Part shown: piece by piece, positions 38,029 through 47,991 of the stretch
Layout of the letters: the number at the start of each line of letters is the position of its first letter
Position numbering within the stretch: the first letter of the stretch is position 1
From: a bacterium
GTDB taxonomy: Bacteria; SM23-81; DAOVCL01
Direction: 5' to 3'
Assembly (NCBI GenBank): GCA_029932675.1
Contig: JAOZPP010000001.1
Location: 24,099-88,098, forward strand
DNA length: 64,000 nucleotides
Position numbers and translations under genes: made by a program
The notes under the pieces: generated by a model
Database searches by the model: none
What the model saw: the letters and a program-made list of their open reading frames with translations, nothing else
What the model was told of the DNA's origin: nothing

Positions 38029-39112
38029 AGCTCTCCACCATCTTATCCACAGTGAATTTTTCTTTATATAATTGGAAAGCCTTTTGTCGCATTAAATCTC
38101 TTAAGTGGTCATCAAGCAAGATTTTTATTATCTTTTGAGCAAACTCTTTAGGCTCCCTGGTGTAGACGAGGTAGCCAGTTTCACCGTCTTTCACCGCTTC
38201 AGGAACTCCACCCACCGCAGTAGCCACAACCGGCTTTCCCGCAGCCATAGCCTCAAGCAAGACTATGGGTAGCCCCTCAGAACGAGAGGGGAGAGCAAAG
38301 AGATCGAATATACGCATTATAGAGGGAACATCCAGACGAACCCCAGTGAAGATGACTTTATTAGCGATACCCAAAGAATGAGCAAGATTAAGCAATTTTG
38401 CCTTTTCCTTTCCATCACCTACGATTAAGAACTTTACATTGGGAATCTTCTTGACAACTAGTGGGACTGATCGAAGCAACAATTCATAACCCTTTACCTT
38501 AGTAAGACGAGAAATGGAGCCAACCACTTTTTCCTCAGGAATTATACCGAATTCTTCTCTGATTTCCTTTTCATTATTTGGATCAGCATTGACAGAAAAA
38601 TTCGTACCATTGTAGATGACCCTTATCCTTCGGGGACTTATATGTTCGTATTTTATCAAATCATCTCTAAGGTGCTGAGACACAGCAACTATCTCACCAG
38701 TGAAGTGAGAAGCTACTCTCTCAGCCATCATATACCTCCCTTTATCTGGCCATTCTCTCATATGGTCAGTATGGATAAAAACTGGAGTTCCAGTAAGTCT
38801 TGTCGCAAGAAATCCGTCGAGAAAAGCCCCTGTGTTATGAGTGTGCACTATATCTATCTTTTCCCTTACCAATAGTTTTCTTACCTGCAACCAAACAAAA
38901 TATTTGCCATATTTTGACTTTCCCGAACAGAGAAATACCTTAAAGCCATCAGATTCTAACTGCTCAGCATATTCTCCCCCTTCTCTTAAACAGCAGACCA
39001 TTACCTGGAAACGGCGAGGATCCAGATAACGGCACAGATCCAGGATTACCTTTTCCAGACCACCAATTCCCATTCCCAGAGTTATTTGCAACACATTTAT
39101 GCGTCCTGCCAT
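37994..39112 (-). CDS. glycosyltransferase family 4
   Basis: RSEGLPIVLLEAMAAGKPVVATAVGGVPEAVKDGETGYLV. Confidence 0.8.
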   Translation of the reverse strand: MAGRINVLQITLGMGIGGLEKVILDLCRYLDPRRFQVMVCCLREGGEYAEQLESDGFKVFLCSGKSKYGKYFVWLQVRKLLVREKIDIVHTHNTGAFLDGFLATRLTGTPVFIHTDHMREWPDKGRYMMAERVASHFTGEIVAVSQHLRDDLIKYEHISPRRIRVIYNGTNFSVNADPNNEKEIREEFGIIPEEKVVGSISRLTKVKGYELLLRSVPLVVKKIPNVKFLIVGDGKEKAKLLNLAHSLGIANKVIFTGVRLDVPSIMRIFDLFALPSRSEGLPIVLLEAMAAGKPVVATAVGGVPEAVKDGETGYLVYTREPKEFAQKIIKILLDDHLRDLMRQKAFQLYKEKFTVDKMVESYERLYEKHLYG

Positions 39113-39196
39113 ATTCCTTAACCTCCAAGAAACTAATATCGTTATTCGTTACTTAATCACGCTTACAAAAAAGGTCTGTTCCCCCCTCTCCTCTAT

Positions 39197-39224
39197 ATCC
39201 TGACAATCCTGTTAATCCTGTCTA
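39197..39224. repeat. right-end fragment of the repeat family (ATCCTG x3) abutting a stop codon
   Basis: ATCCTGACAATCCTGTTAATCCTGTCTA. The TAG stop of 39222..40361 lies inside it. On the mRNA strand it reads UAGACAGGAUUAACAGGAUUGUCAGGAU. Confidence 0.45.
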
Positions 39225-40361
39225 AGAGTTCACAGTTTTCTTGACCATATCGTAGTATTTCTCAAGATAACACTCTTCAGAGAGGTATTTATGGACATAA
39301 TGATAACCGTTCTCAGCTAACTTACGGGCATAAACTCTATCAGACAATAGCTCCCGCATTTTTTCGGCGAGATCCTGGACATTTTCTGATTGAAAGAGGA
39401 GACCATTATATCCATCCTTTATGTAAGTAGGAATCCCACCGACATTTGATGCAATTATAGGCTTTTTTGAAGCCATTGCTTCAAGAAGCACCCTTCCCAT
39501 AGCTTCTGACCTTGATGGTAAAACAAACAGAGAGCATTCAGACATCAGTTGGATAGCCTCTTCATAAAAGACAGGATCACATAATTCAATTTTGTTATTG
39601 CCTCTCGCTAAGTCTGCAAAATATTCTTTATGACTGGGACACCAACCAACTATTTTCAAGCTATATTCAGGGAAATCAGGAGAAATAATCTTGAATGCCT
39701 TAATCAATATATCAACCCCTTTTAGATACCAGGGGTAACCGAGAAACAGGATATATTTTTTATCCTTTTTACCTTCTTTGAATAAATTAAGAGGGATAAA
39801 ACCAGCGAAGCGATAGTATCCTTCCGGGTATTTTAATTTTTTATAAGATTTTATCTGATTTTTGTTTAAGAGTTTGACTGCATTCGCCCGATTTAACACG
39901 AAGGGCATAATTATATGGGTGATATTGTGTTTGATCCGATCCATAAGAATAGGTTTCCCAGAACTTTGCTTAAATGCCGATTCGAAATTCCCATTTACCT
40001 CAACTATTACTTTTACTCCGGTTAATTTGCCGATAAGAAGAGCAATAATTCCTGTGAGCAATGGGTCGGGTGAAACTATTACATCAAACTTATTTTTGAA
40101 ATAATGTAACCACAATCCTTTGATTGGAAAAGAGATTAGCATAATTAGATTGCGAATAACGGTGGACCTCCTGGCTACACCTGCATGGAATCTAAAATCA
40201 CCAATAGTAGCATTTCGGTCTTCTTTTCTGCTCCTATAGACCGCAGTGATCACATCGCCACAAAATCCCTGAGATAAACATCTATATTTCTCTTGTGGAT
40301 AAGTCCAGTGCAGGGTACTTGGTCCTGGCTTAACAAATAGGATTCTATATTTTTTTTGCAA
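39222..40361 (-). CDS. glycosyltransferase family 4
   Basis: RSEAMGRVLLEAMASKKPIIASNVGGIPTYIKDGYNGLLF. Confidence 0.75.
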   Translation of the reverse strand: MQKKYRILFVKPGPSTLHWTYPQEKYRCLSQGFCGDVITAVYRSRKEDRNATIGDFRFHAGVARRSTVIRNLIMLISFPIKGLWLHYFKNKFDVIVSPDPLLTGIIALLIGKLTGVKVIVEVNGNFESAFKQSSGKPILMDRIKHNITHIIMPFVLNRANAVKLLNKNQIKSYKKLKYPEGYYRFAGFIPLNLFKEGKKDKKYILFLGYPWYLKGVDILIKAFKIISPDFPEYSLKIVGWCPSHKEYFADLARGNNKIELCDPVFYEEAIQLMSECSLFVLPSRSEAMGRVLLEAMASKKPIIASNVGGIPTYIKDGYNGLLFQSENVQDLAEKMRELLSDRVYARKLAENGYHYVHKYLSEECYLEKYYDMVKKTVNS

Positions 40362-40403
40362 CCGTTTACCTCCGTGAATTGAGGGAAAAGGCCAAAGGAG
40401 TTT

Positions 40404-41843
40404 TTAGCCTTTTCTCAAATTACGAATCGAAATTAAGGTATTTCTTTCAAACAATAAAAGGTAACCAAGATAAAAGATGGTACCAACCAGTATTTCTAAC
40501 AACAAACTCATTGTAGAATTTACGGAAAGAGGTTTAAAAATATATCGACTCCCTAAAACCCCAATTAACATAACTGCAGTAGCAATAAAAGGGGTTAATA
40601 GATTCCTGAAATATTTAAGAACGGAGATGTCAATCTTTCTTAAAGTCACCAATGTCCAGATTAAAGATATTACGGGATAAACCGTTAGCCAGGGTAAAGG
40701 TAGAACCTTAAATCCGTTTAAGCAAGCTATGTAAAAGGAGAATGGCAAAAAGATAGAATTTGCCAAATTAAAGTAAAGTCCCCAATGGGGGCGCCCCTGA
40801 GCATTATTTGCCAGATTGTTCACTACGGTAATAGAGACAATTATCTGTGCCAAGCATAGCAAGCGAAAGGGATAAATTGCAGGCAACCATTTCTCACCCA
40901 AAATAACAGGTATGATTTCACCAGCCAAAAAGGCTCCGCCAACAAATATAGGTAACACAATAATGGCAATAAATCTTGTTATTTTCAAGTAAAAATTTTC
41001 AAACTCACCAGGGTCGTTCTGAAATTTTGAAAATACAGGAAAGGAAACCCGTTGAATAAGTGACACTATTTTATCCGTGGGAATACTGGATAGTTGGAGG
41101 GCAAAGGAGTAAAAACCGACAGGTTGCGTCCCCAAGATTTTACCCGCAAAAAACCTGTCCGATTTTTTATAGACATAAAAAAGGGACCTGGATCCAGCAA
41201 CATTAATCCCGAATCGTAAAAAGGATTTTACTTCACTGAATTCATAATGTAATTTTGGTCTCCATTTTGTCAGAGCAAAAGTGACAAATACTCTCGCTAT
41301 TTGTCTCAATATATGGCCACCAATTAGAGTCCAGACGCCAAATCCGGCCTTTGCCATTGATAACATTGCGCTACTGGAAATCACTACGGCCATTAAATCA
41401 ATAAATCCAATTCTCTTGAACTTCAGGTTGCGATCTAATAACTTGTATGGAACAATCAAGGTTGCACCTATTACAAAAAGTGCGGAGGCTACTCGTGTAA
41501 TTGGAATGAGCCTACTTTCGTTAAAGATCCTCGCCGTTGGGTAGGCCAAGCCAAAAGCTATCATTCCCAAAAATATGCCGATAAATATCATAAACCAAAA
41601 TGTACTGGAAAGTTCGTCCTCAGTGACTTTTTCCTTCTGGATTATTGCTGCACCCAGACCCAGATCACTAAAAATCATAATATAACCGGTCAAAATGGTA
41701 GCTATCTCCATCAGCCCATAATCCTCAGGAACAAGTATGCGGGCTACCATAACAGTAATAAACCATGAGAATACTTGACTTAACGCTTTGAGTAACCCAA
41801 GCCATAGACCTCCTTTAAAGGCATCCTTAGTTATATTAGCCAT
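40404..41843 (-). CDS. wzx: Wzx-type polysaccharide flippase (MOP superfamily polysaccharide biosynthesis protein)
   Basis: Has 12-14 TM helices. N-terminal KGGLWLGLLKALSQVFSWFITVMVARIL...YGLMEIA is typical of Wzx/RfbX. Confidence 0.7.
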   Translation of the reverse strand: MANITKDAFKGGLWLGLLKALSQVFSWFITVMVARILVPEDYGLMEIATILTGYIMIFSDLGLGAAIIQKEKVTEDELSSTFWFMIFIGIFLGMIAFGLAYPTARIFNESRLIPITRVASALFVIGATLIVPYKLLDRNLKFKRIGFIDLMAVVISSSAMLSMAKAGFGVWTLIGGHILRQIARVFVTFALTKWRPKLHYEFSEVKSFLRFGINVAGSRSLFYVYKKSDRFFAGKILGTQPVGFYSFALQLSSIPTDKIVSLIQRVSFPVFSKFQNDPGEFENFYLKITRFIAIIVLPIFVGGAFLAGEIIPVILGEKWLPAIYPFRLLCLAQIIVSITVVNNLANNAQGRPHWGLYFNLANSIFLPFSFYIACLNGFKVLPLPWLTVYPVISLIWTLVTLRKIDISVLKYFRNLLTPFIATAVMLIGVLGSRYIFKPLSVNSTMSLLLEILVGTIFYLGYLLLFERNTLISIRNLRKG

Positions 41844-42047
41844 AAGAATCTATCCAAATTATGTACCGAATTCACAGCAACCCCGAGGAAAATCTCACAC
41901 CCAAATTGTTCCTCACCGGAGGTGCCATGTCTCTATCGAAATACAGCAAAAACGCTAAACGGTATGGAAAACACCATCGCTCGACTTTCAGGCACTCGAA
42001 AATGTTGATTCTCACGCTCTATTTGCATCAATCGCCTATAAGGTCAA

Positions 42048-42076
42048 TTGACCCCTAGTCGAGGATGTGTTATATT
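42048..42076 (+). promoter_or_regulatory. sigma-70-like promoter TTGACC-N17-TATATT embedded in 12-bp perfect palindrome GGTCAATTGACC
   Basis: -35 at ~42048-42053 and -10 at ~42071-42076. AAAGGGGG RBS and ATG at 42107. The palindrome is at ~42042-42053. Confidence 0.45.
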
Positions 42077-42106
42077 GGCTTGAACTTCTCAACCAAAGGG
42101 GGTCAA

Positions 42107-42916
42107 ATGAAGACTAACACACTCTTTGACAGAATGTCACCGAAGTCCCTGAGTGGCTTAATGGCCTCTCACTTTCAACACCAGTATAGGCTATCTCCTC
42201 AAGCAGCCAAGACTATCTGCCATGATGCAGTGTTATTTCGCAATCTCTTAGGTCAGCCAGCAAGGAGTGAGGGACAGATCCTCTATTATGCTGTCAAGCT
42301 GGGGGAGCCACCCAGCAAGCCCATTAAGGACTGTCAACTCCTCCCGGTGAAGCTGACTGTGTTTGACCCTGATGATCTTGACTACCGCAGAAGGTATGGT
42401 CAGAGGAGGCTGCTGGGATATATTATGATCCGCATCTGCCGGGAGGCCTATGAGCAGGGAGCAGTGTTGAGCATTGAGGATGTTGCCTCTATACTCCACA
42501 TCAGTGAAAGCACTGTGAAGCGGTATAAGAAGGCCTTAAGCCTTGCGGGTACTCCCCTGATCCTGCGGGGTGATACCGCTGATATGGGGCCGGGCACCTG
42601 CCATCGGGTTCCCATCGTTGAACTCTTCCTGCAGGGCTACTCAGAGACCGAGGTTGCCCAGAGGGTCAACCATAGCTTAGAGAGGGTGGAGGCCTATCTC
42701 TACGATTTTTTGCGGGTCTCCCTGCTGCTTGCCGATGGCTATAGCCCTGGTATGGCCTCCCGGATTGCCCATCTGTCCAAGGGCAAGGTCTCCTCTATCA
42801 GCCAACTGTATCACCGCTTGGCCCAGGATGCCTTCTACCAGGAGCCTCTGGCCAAGGTCTTGCAGCTCTACCAGTTGAGGCGGGACCTGAAAAAAGGAGG
42901 ATCTCCAGATGAGTGA
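42107..42916 (+). CDS. hypothetical protein with two predicted helix-turn-helix motifs (paralog A; DUF1670-like)
   Basis: HTH1 GAVLSIEDVASILHISESTVKRYKK. DMGPGTCHR box. HTH2 LQGYSETEVAQRVNHSLERVEAYLYDF. Paralogous to the next gene, with higher GC than the flanks. Confidence 0.6.
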   Translation: MKTNTLFDRMSPKSLSGLMASHFQHQYRLSPQAAKTICHDAVLFRNLLGQPARSEGQILYYAVKLGEPPSKPIKDCQLLPVKLTVFDPDDLDYRRRYGQRRLLGYIMIRICREAYEQGAVLSIEDVASILHISESTVKRYKKALSLAGTPLILRGDTADMGPGTCHRVPIVELFLQGYSETEVAQRVNHSLERVEAYLYDFLRVSLLLADGYSPGMASRIAHLSKGKVSSISQLYHRLAQDAFYQEPLAKVLQLYQLRRDLKKGGSPDE

Positions 42917-43709
42917 CCATTTCCCGCGGCGCCACTACAAGGCCGTCTATGGTCCCTTGGCTCAGAAGACATTGCACAACCTGCTGAAGCGAGAGCTTAT
43001 GGAGGAGTTTGGCTTTGAGAGTATGGGGTTGATTGCCGATGCCTTAATCAACCGCTTGCTGGAGCTGGTGGATACCTACACCCCTGAGCACTTCAGGCTC
43101 CTTCCTGGTCAGATGCTCTGGTTGGCTGTGGCCCGACAGGAGAAGGTGGGATATGGCAAGTCTATGTTGAGAAGCAAGTTAGTGCCAGTGATAGTCACAG
43201 TGATCAGTGCTGAGGACCTGGAAGCAATGGCAGAGGAGAGGGTTGACTTCAGAGAATTGAGACCCAAGGTAGTGGCTCGCATTCTTAAGGAGACTGATGC
43301 TCAAGGTGGGGTGCTGGCCTTAAGTGATGTGGGGATTATGCTGAGCATCAGTCCGGCAGCGGTCTCCTCTGCTGTCAAAGCCTACCAGGCAGAGCATCCA
43401 GGTGAGGTCTTGCCTTATCGAGGCACCTTGCATGATATGGGACCGACTATGACCCATAAGTTGCAGGCCATAGAATTGAAGCTCCAGGGATGCTTAACCC
43501 AGGAGATTGCCAGACGCATCCATCATGACCCTCAGAATGTGGACATCTACCAGACAGACTTTGAGAGGGTCTACCAGTTGTACCAGGATGGCAAAACCCC
43601 TCGCCAGATCAGCTTTCTGACCAAACTCTCCCTACATCTGGCAGAGGAATATATAGAGCTGATCAACAAGTATGTGGCTGAGGATGACTCATCGGTGTCA
43701 AAGAGCTAA
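42909..43709 (+). CDS. hypothetical protein with two predicted helix-turn-helix motifs (paralog B)
   Basis: GGVLALSDVGIMLSISPAAVSSAVK, DMGPTMTHK and LQGCLTQEIARRIHHDPQNVDIYQTDF align with paralog A. The start overlaps the upstream stop (ATGAGTGA), indicating translational coupling. Confidence 0.6.
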   Translation: MSDHFPRRHYKAVYGPLAQKTLHNLLKRELMEEFGFESMGLIADALINRLLELVDTYTPEHFRLLPGQMLWLAVARQEKVGYGKSMLRSKLVPVIVTVISAEDLEAMAEERVDFRELRPKVVARILKETDAQGGVLALSDVGIMLSISPAAVSSAVKAYQAEHPGEVLPYRGTLHDMGPTMTHKLQAIELKLQGCLTQEIARRIHHDPQNVDIYQTDFERVYQLYQDGKTPRQISFLTKLSLHLAEEYIELINKYVAEDDSSVSKS

Positions 43710-43878
43710 TGTCAAGTGGTCGGAACTGCCCACCTTATATTAGCTGGATAGCATCAGGGGGGCAACTGGAGAGGTGGACAGTGGAGACCACTCCACACTT
43801 CTTTGAGCAAAAGGGGGAAAACCCTCACAAAGCTTTAATTTGGCTAAGTAATCCCTCTCAGTTAACCGAGACTGGGGT

Positions 43879-44880
43879 TCAATTGACACTATCGCTTGTT
43901 TCAGAAATTGCTACCACTAAGCTTCGGACAAAATAGGCTAATGGTTCATTGCCTGCACAGACCCTTCTAAGTAAAAATAAATTAGATCCCTTGCTTACAT
44001 GCCCAAATTCTGCTGTGCAAGCATAGCGGTAACCCCTCTTAGCGACTAGTTCCTTCACCTTTTCATTGTAATGTTCGTTTAACCCAATAGGATAACAAAA
44101 CCCTGTAACGGGCTCGTCTAACTCTTCTTCGATTTTTTCTTTCGAGGCTTTAAGCTCTTCCTCAACTTCTTCCTCAGAAATGGTAGTTAAATTGTAATGA
44201 TTCACCGTGTGAGAACCAAACTCTATGCCATCCTTATGCATTTCCCTTATTTGCTGCCAGGAAAGCAGGCGGGCTGTTCGCTTTGGCCTGATGGTGGACC
44301 TTAACTCAGTGCGTAGTTGCTCAAGTATGTGGCGAATTTCAGCATCTTTAAGTCTTGCCAGGTATTTTTCCACCTCAAAATTCTTCCAGGTTGAGAATTC
44401 CACTTGCGGCATCTGCCTCTTTAAAACTGAACCAAGCTTTTCTCTAAATTCTTCGTGAGGAGAAAATTCCCCCATCCCTCGAATTTCATCCCACCAGAAC
44501 ACCTTGTCTGTCTCAATATATCCGGTAACCAAGAAAACTGTAGCTGGGATGCTATACTTCCGTAGTATTGGGAATGCAATATTATAAACGCTTTCGTAAC
44601 CATCATCAAAGGTTATAGCAATAGCCTGGGGGGGAAATTGTCCCTTTCCCCTAAGAGAATCTACTAATTCGTTCAACGAAATGGGATACATATAATCTTG
44701 CAGAAACCGCATTTGTTCCTCAAATCTGTTTCTCCAATGGGTGGTTATGTTATGATACATGAGAATAATCGCTCTGCTTTTCCCTTCTCTATGCAGAAGC
44801 CGATGATAGTAACCGAATTTATATGCTAAAGGAACTATTGTTTTTCTGGCGATGGATTTTACTACAAACTTCTTTACCAT
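43879..44880 (-). CDS. polysaccharide deacetylase (NodB-homology domain)
   Basis: AITFDDGYESVYNIAFPILRKYSIPATVFLVTGYI...FGSHTVNHYNL. Confidence 0.7.
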   Translation of the reverse strand: MVKKFVVKSIARKTIVPLAYKFGYYHRLLHREGKSRAIILMYHNITTHWRNRFEEQMRFLQDYMYPISLNELVDSLRGKGQFPPQAIAITFDDGYESVYNIAFPILRKYSIPATVFLVTGYIETDKVFWWDEIRGMGEFSPHEEFREKLGSVLKRQMPQVEFSTWKNFEVEKYLARLKDAEIRHILEQLRTELRSTIRPKRTARLLSWQQIREMHKDGIEFGSHTVNHYNLTTISEEEVEEELKASKEKIEEELDEPVTGFCYPIGLNEHYNEKVKELVAKRGYRYACTAEFGHVSKGSNLFLLRRVCAGNEPLAYFVRSLVVAISETSDSVN

Positions 44881-44964
44881 AGTTAGGTATATGTGCAGAG
44901 AATAAGAACAGGGTGAAACAAAAGACTTCCACTCCTCTCGTTTCCTCTGTTAGCTAAACTTTTT

Positions 44965-46062
44965 CTATGATCTTCTTATTATCTTAGTCTGATAAAAAAG
45001 CTTAAGTTTTTGGCTCAGCTGGACTCGCATGCTTTCGAAACTACTTCTATAAATTGTCATACTCAAGTTCACTCTTGCCTCTTTGGCCCAGTCGAACTTG
45101 TATTCTTCGTCACCACGCAAGAAATCAAATTCCTTCGCACCTTCTAAGATCGCATTCTCAATGCAATAACTGAACAACAAGAATCCGGGGCTTAGCTTCG
45201 CCCACTGCGGGTCAAAGCCGGCCTGATAATAGTAATACTTGCCGCCGTATGCAAAGGTATACATTGAAGCTATAGGTTTGCTCCCTATCTTTAAAAAACA
45301 GAGCCTCAACCAGTTCCTTTTGAAGAATAACCACATCATGTTTCTGTGGAATTCAGAAAATAATTTGTCCTGAAATGGACCGCGCAAACTCCTCTCACGC
45401 ATCCTACTTGTATTCAGCCTTACCAAATCGTTAAATGATTGCTTAAACTCACTGTCCTTTTTTAGAAGGGTGAACTCGCCATCGAATTTATTTTCGAACT
45501 TGTTCCTCTTCCGTTTTATGTTGTACCTCATACTTGGGCTGAGCGATTTAAGGTAGGATTCATAATTGGAAGGCAAGTGCACATAGGGACAAACAGCTTG
45601 CAACCTCGTGAACAGATACCAATCACGATTACAGTATCTGTGAATTAACCATACAGTTTTTGACCCAGCCGGAATGTCAGTAAGCTCGATAGCCCGCCAC
45701 TTAGGTTTCCGTGCGTTTAGATAGTCACGAATCTGAAAAAGGACCTCCGACTCATTCCCATCCTCTATTATGAAGTCTAAATAGTCAGAACCAACAGATG
45801 TTGAGCCCAAGAACTTTACTACACTACCACCCATCACTTTATTTTTAAGTAAGAAGAATGGTGCAATGCCTTTTAGTCTATAACCATCCCGAATGAGCAA
45901 TATCATTAACTCCTTGCCATCTTTGAAGCACTTCCACCAATTATATAGCCAATCCCAAGTTAGAAACAAGACATTTGATTTACTTCTCAACAGCAGTTCG
46001 TTCCACTCATCTCTCAAACCGTAAAAACCTTTATCTGTTCTTATTTCCTCAACTGTAGGCAT
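44965..46062 (-). CDS. GNAT-fold acyltransferase (FemAB/BioF2-like)
   Basis: About 365 aa. Family-level resemblance to exopolysaccharide-locus GNAT acyltransferases. Confidence 0.5.
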   Translation of the reverse strand: MPTVEEIRTDKGFYGLRDEWNELLLRSKSNVLFLTWDWLYNWWKCFKDGKELMILLIRDGYRLKGIAPFFLLKNKVMGGSVVKFLGSTSVGSDYLDFIIEDGNESEVLFQIRDYLNARKPKWRAIELTDIPAGSKTVWLIHRYCNRDWYLFTRLQAVCPYVHLPSNYESYLKSLSPSMRYNIKRKRNKFENKFDGEFTLLKKDSEFKQSFNDLVRLNTSRMRERSLRGPFQDKLFSEFHRNMMWLFFKRNWLRLCFLKIGSKPIASMYTFAYGGKYYYYQAGFDPQWAKLSPGFLLFSYCIENAILEGAKEFDFLRGDEEYKFDWAKEARVNLSMTIYRSSFESMRVQLSQKLKLFYQTKIIRRS

Positions 46063-46123
46063 TCTTTTGCACAGGATAATTTTATTCCACCTGCGTGGAT
46101 TTTATCTCGCTCTCTTAAGTGGG

Positions 46124-47482
46124 TCAACCGTTAGACCCTTTGACTCCCAGTGATCTGCAAAACTTAGAGAAAACCCTCCTGACCTTAGCAGATAGAAAAC
46201 CTGTTATTGAAGTTAAAAATGGTATTATGTCATCCCAAGCAAAGACAGCCCACTGCTTCTTCCCCAATGTTGAACGAAGCCAGCCCAGTAAGGAAATCGA
46301 GCCCTCTTTTCTATAATCCAAAAATGCGTTAAAGTCGAGAGAAGTCGAAAGCCACTTTATTCCAGTTCTATAAGAGAGATTGGAGGATACTCTTTTCCCA
46401 ATTGTGTCGCAGTAAGCAATATAGGCAAGGTTTACTCCACATCTGGTTCCCAACACATCCCAAAGGCCAAAGCGGGTATTGAATTCAATGAGTTTGAATT
46501 TGCCATCCCTTGAATCCAGTTTAAATTCCATACCACCCAACCCATTATACCCTATATCCTTCAGAAATTTGATACTAATCCTTTCCAGCTCCTCTTCGTA
46601 CACAGATTCAACAAAACTCGCACTGCCGAAGTGAATAGGGTTTAAACGCAGCTTTCTACCGGCGAAGTGACCTAATACCTTGTGAGTTTTAGAGATGTAA
46701 AATACAAAATAAAACAAGTCACTATCATCCCCTGGAATAACCTCTGAAATGATTACATTTGGGTCATAGACTGCAATTCTGCTATAGAAACTTAACAGTT
46801 CGCTACTCTTTGAGATGACAATGACTTTTCCCCATCCGCCCAGGATTTTTCGTATAGACTCTCTGTGCCATGAATCTGACCTCACTGGCTTAATGATACA
46901 GGGATAGGATATCTTTGTAGCTATCTCCCTAACTTCACTTAGGGAATTGGGAATGTATGTAACAGGAACTGGCACATTGAACTCAACGGCTGTTCTATAA
47001 AGTGCGTCCTTTGTAGTCAACTTTTCAATTGTGCTATGCTGGGGCCCAGTAAATAAAAAGAAGTCCTCTAAAATATTTTCATACTTGGCATAGCATAAAA
47101 CGGTGTTGTCCCCGGTAGGGAAGAGAACTGGTTTCTCTCCTAAAGTCTTGCTTAGACTAATCAAGTATTCTATATGTTCATTTTCATTTGATTCAACAGA
47201 GGGACAGATCTTACTTTGACAGTAGCGAGAGTTCATGCCTATTTGCTTTGGATTGGGATCCAAGGCGTATACTGGGATACCTTGTCTACCCAGGGACCTA
47301 ACGATCCCCAGCCCCGAGTAAGACATATAAGTTACCACCGCTGGTGGGTATCGGGAACCACTTTCCCTATAGATAGATTTAGGAGTCAACCGCGAAATAG
47401 GCTCCAACTCCACTGTGGACAAGCTATTTGCCTTGTCTGGGTAAACTTCTTTTTCTTGCATATCCCATAAGTATCTTCCCAT
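46124..47482 (-). CDS. ATP-grasp domain enzyme
   Basis: PPAVVTYMSYSGLGIVRSLGRQGIPVYALD N-domain plus C-terminal ATP-grasp features (EFNTRFG). Start uncertain (47482 or 47461). Confidence 0.6.
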   Translation of the reverse strand: MGRYLWDMQEKEVYPDKANSLSTVELEPISRLTPKSIYRESGSRYPPAVVTYMSYSGLGIVRSLGRQGIPVYALDPNPKQIGMNSRYCQSKICPSVESNENEHIEYLISLSKTLGEKPVLFPTGDNTVLCYAKYENILEDFFLFTGPQHSTIEKLTTKDALYRTAVEFNVPVPVTYIPNSLSEVREIATKISYPCIIKPVRSDSWHRESIRKILGGWGKVIVISKSSELLSFYSRIAVYDPNVIISEVIPGDDSDLFYFVFYISKTHKVLGHFAGRKLRLNPIHFGSASFVESVYEEELERISIKFLKDIGYNGLGGMEFKLDSRDGKFKLIEFNTRFGLWDVLGTRCGVNLAYIAYCDTIGKRVSSNLSYRTGIKWLSTSLDFNAFLDYRKEGSISLLGWLRSTLGKKQWAVFAWDDIIPFLTSITGFLSAKVRRVFSKFCRSLGVKGSNG

Positions 47483-47895
47483 TAAGTAACCTCATTTTCA
47501 CCCAGAAATAGTCAAACCAGGTTAACGATAATATGACGAGGGATCTTAACAACCGGGGCAGGTTTAATGACCTACTAACTTCCTCCGAAAAAGCACCAAA
47601 GTTGTGAACTTTTTTAATGTCAAACAGATTTTCTATGACGGTAAGCATCTCCTCGCCCGTGCTGTTCTCGAATGAAGTATCTAACTCTTGGTTTTCTCCG
47701 CTAACACCGTGCAGCTTACTTCTTCTTAGCAAGTACTTGTAATAAGCAGCATTTAACATATTCTTTAAACTCTTCAGCCTCCTTGAGTAGGACCAGGTTA
47801 GCGGGAAACAAGCATTAACAACCCGAATTATTCATGAACTGAAAATGAATTGGCATAAATTTTTCAAGGCCAATGATTTGTGTATTTGTTTCGTA

Positions 47896-47991
47896 GGGAC
47901 AGACATTTATGTCCGTCCGCTTCCTCGAACTCCCTACAGCAAGAGACCTCAGCGATTTAAGAGGTGCTGTGAATTTATGAATAATCCGGGA
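47896..47991. repeat. left copy of a ~100-bp inverted repeat pair (partner at ~49867-49968)
   Basis: GGGACAG...CGCTTCCTCG...TCCCTACAGCAAGAGACCTCAGCGATTTAAGAGGTGCTGTGAATTTATGAATAATCCGGGA. Includes the last 5 codons and stop of the methyltransferase gene. Confidence 0.6.

Noticed and set aside
41861-42058. 65-aa plus ORF upstream of the dual-HTH cassette
   Set aside because: It sits in the divergent promoter region and ends inside the -35 palindrome. No RBS. Judged spurious.
47424-47759. 111-aa ORF upstream of the ATP-grasp gene
   Set aside because: It overlaps the likely ATP-grasp N-terminus (47461/47482) by 40-60 nt, has no recognisable domain and has an atypical composition. Left uncalled, though a small real gene cannot be excluded.
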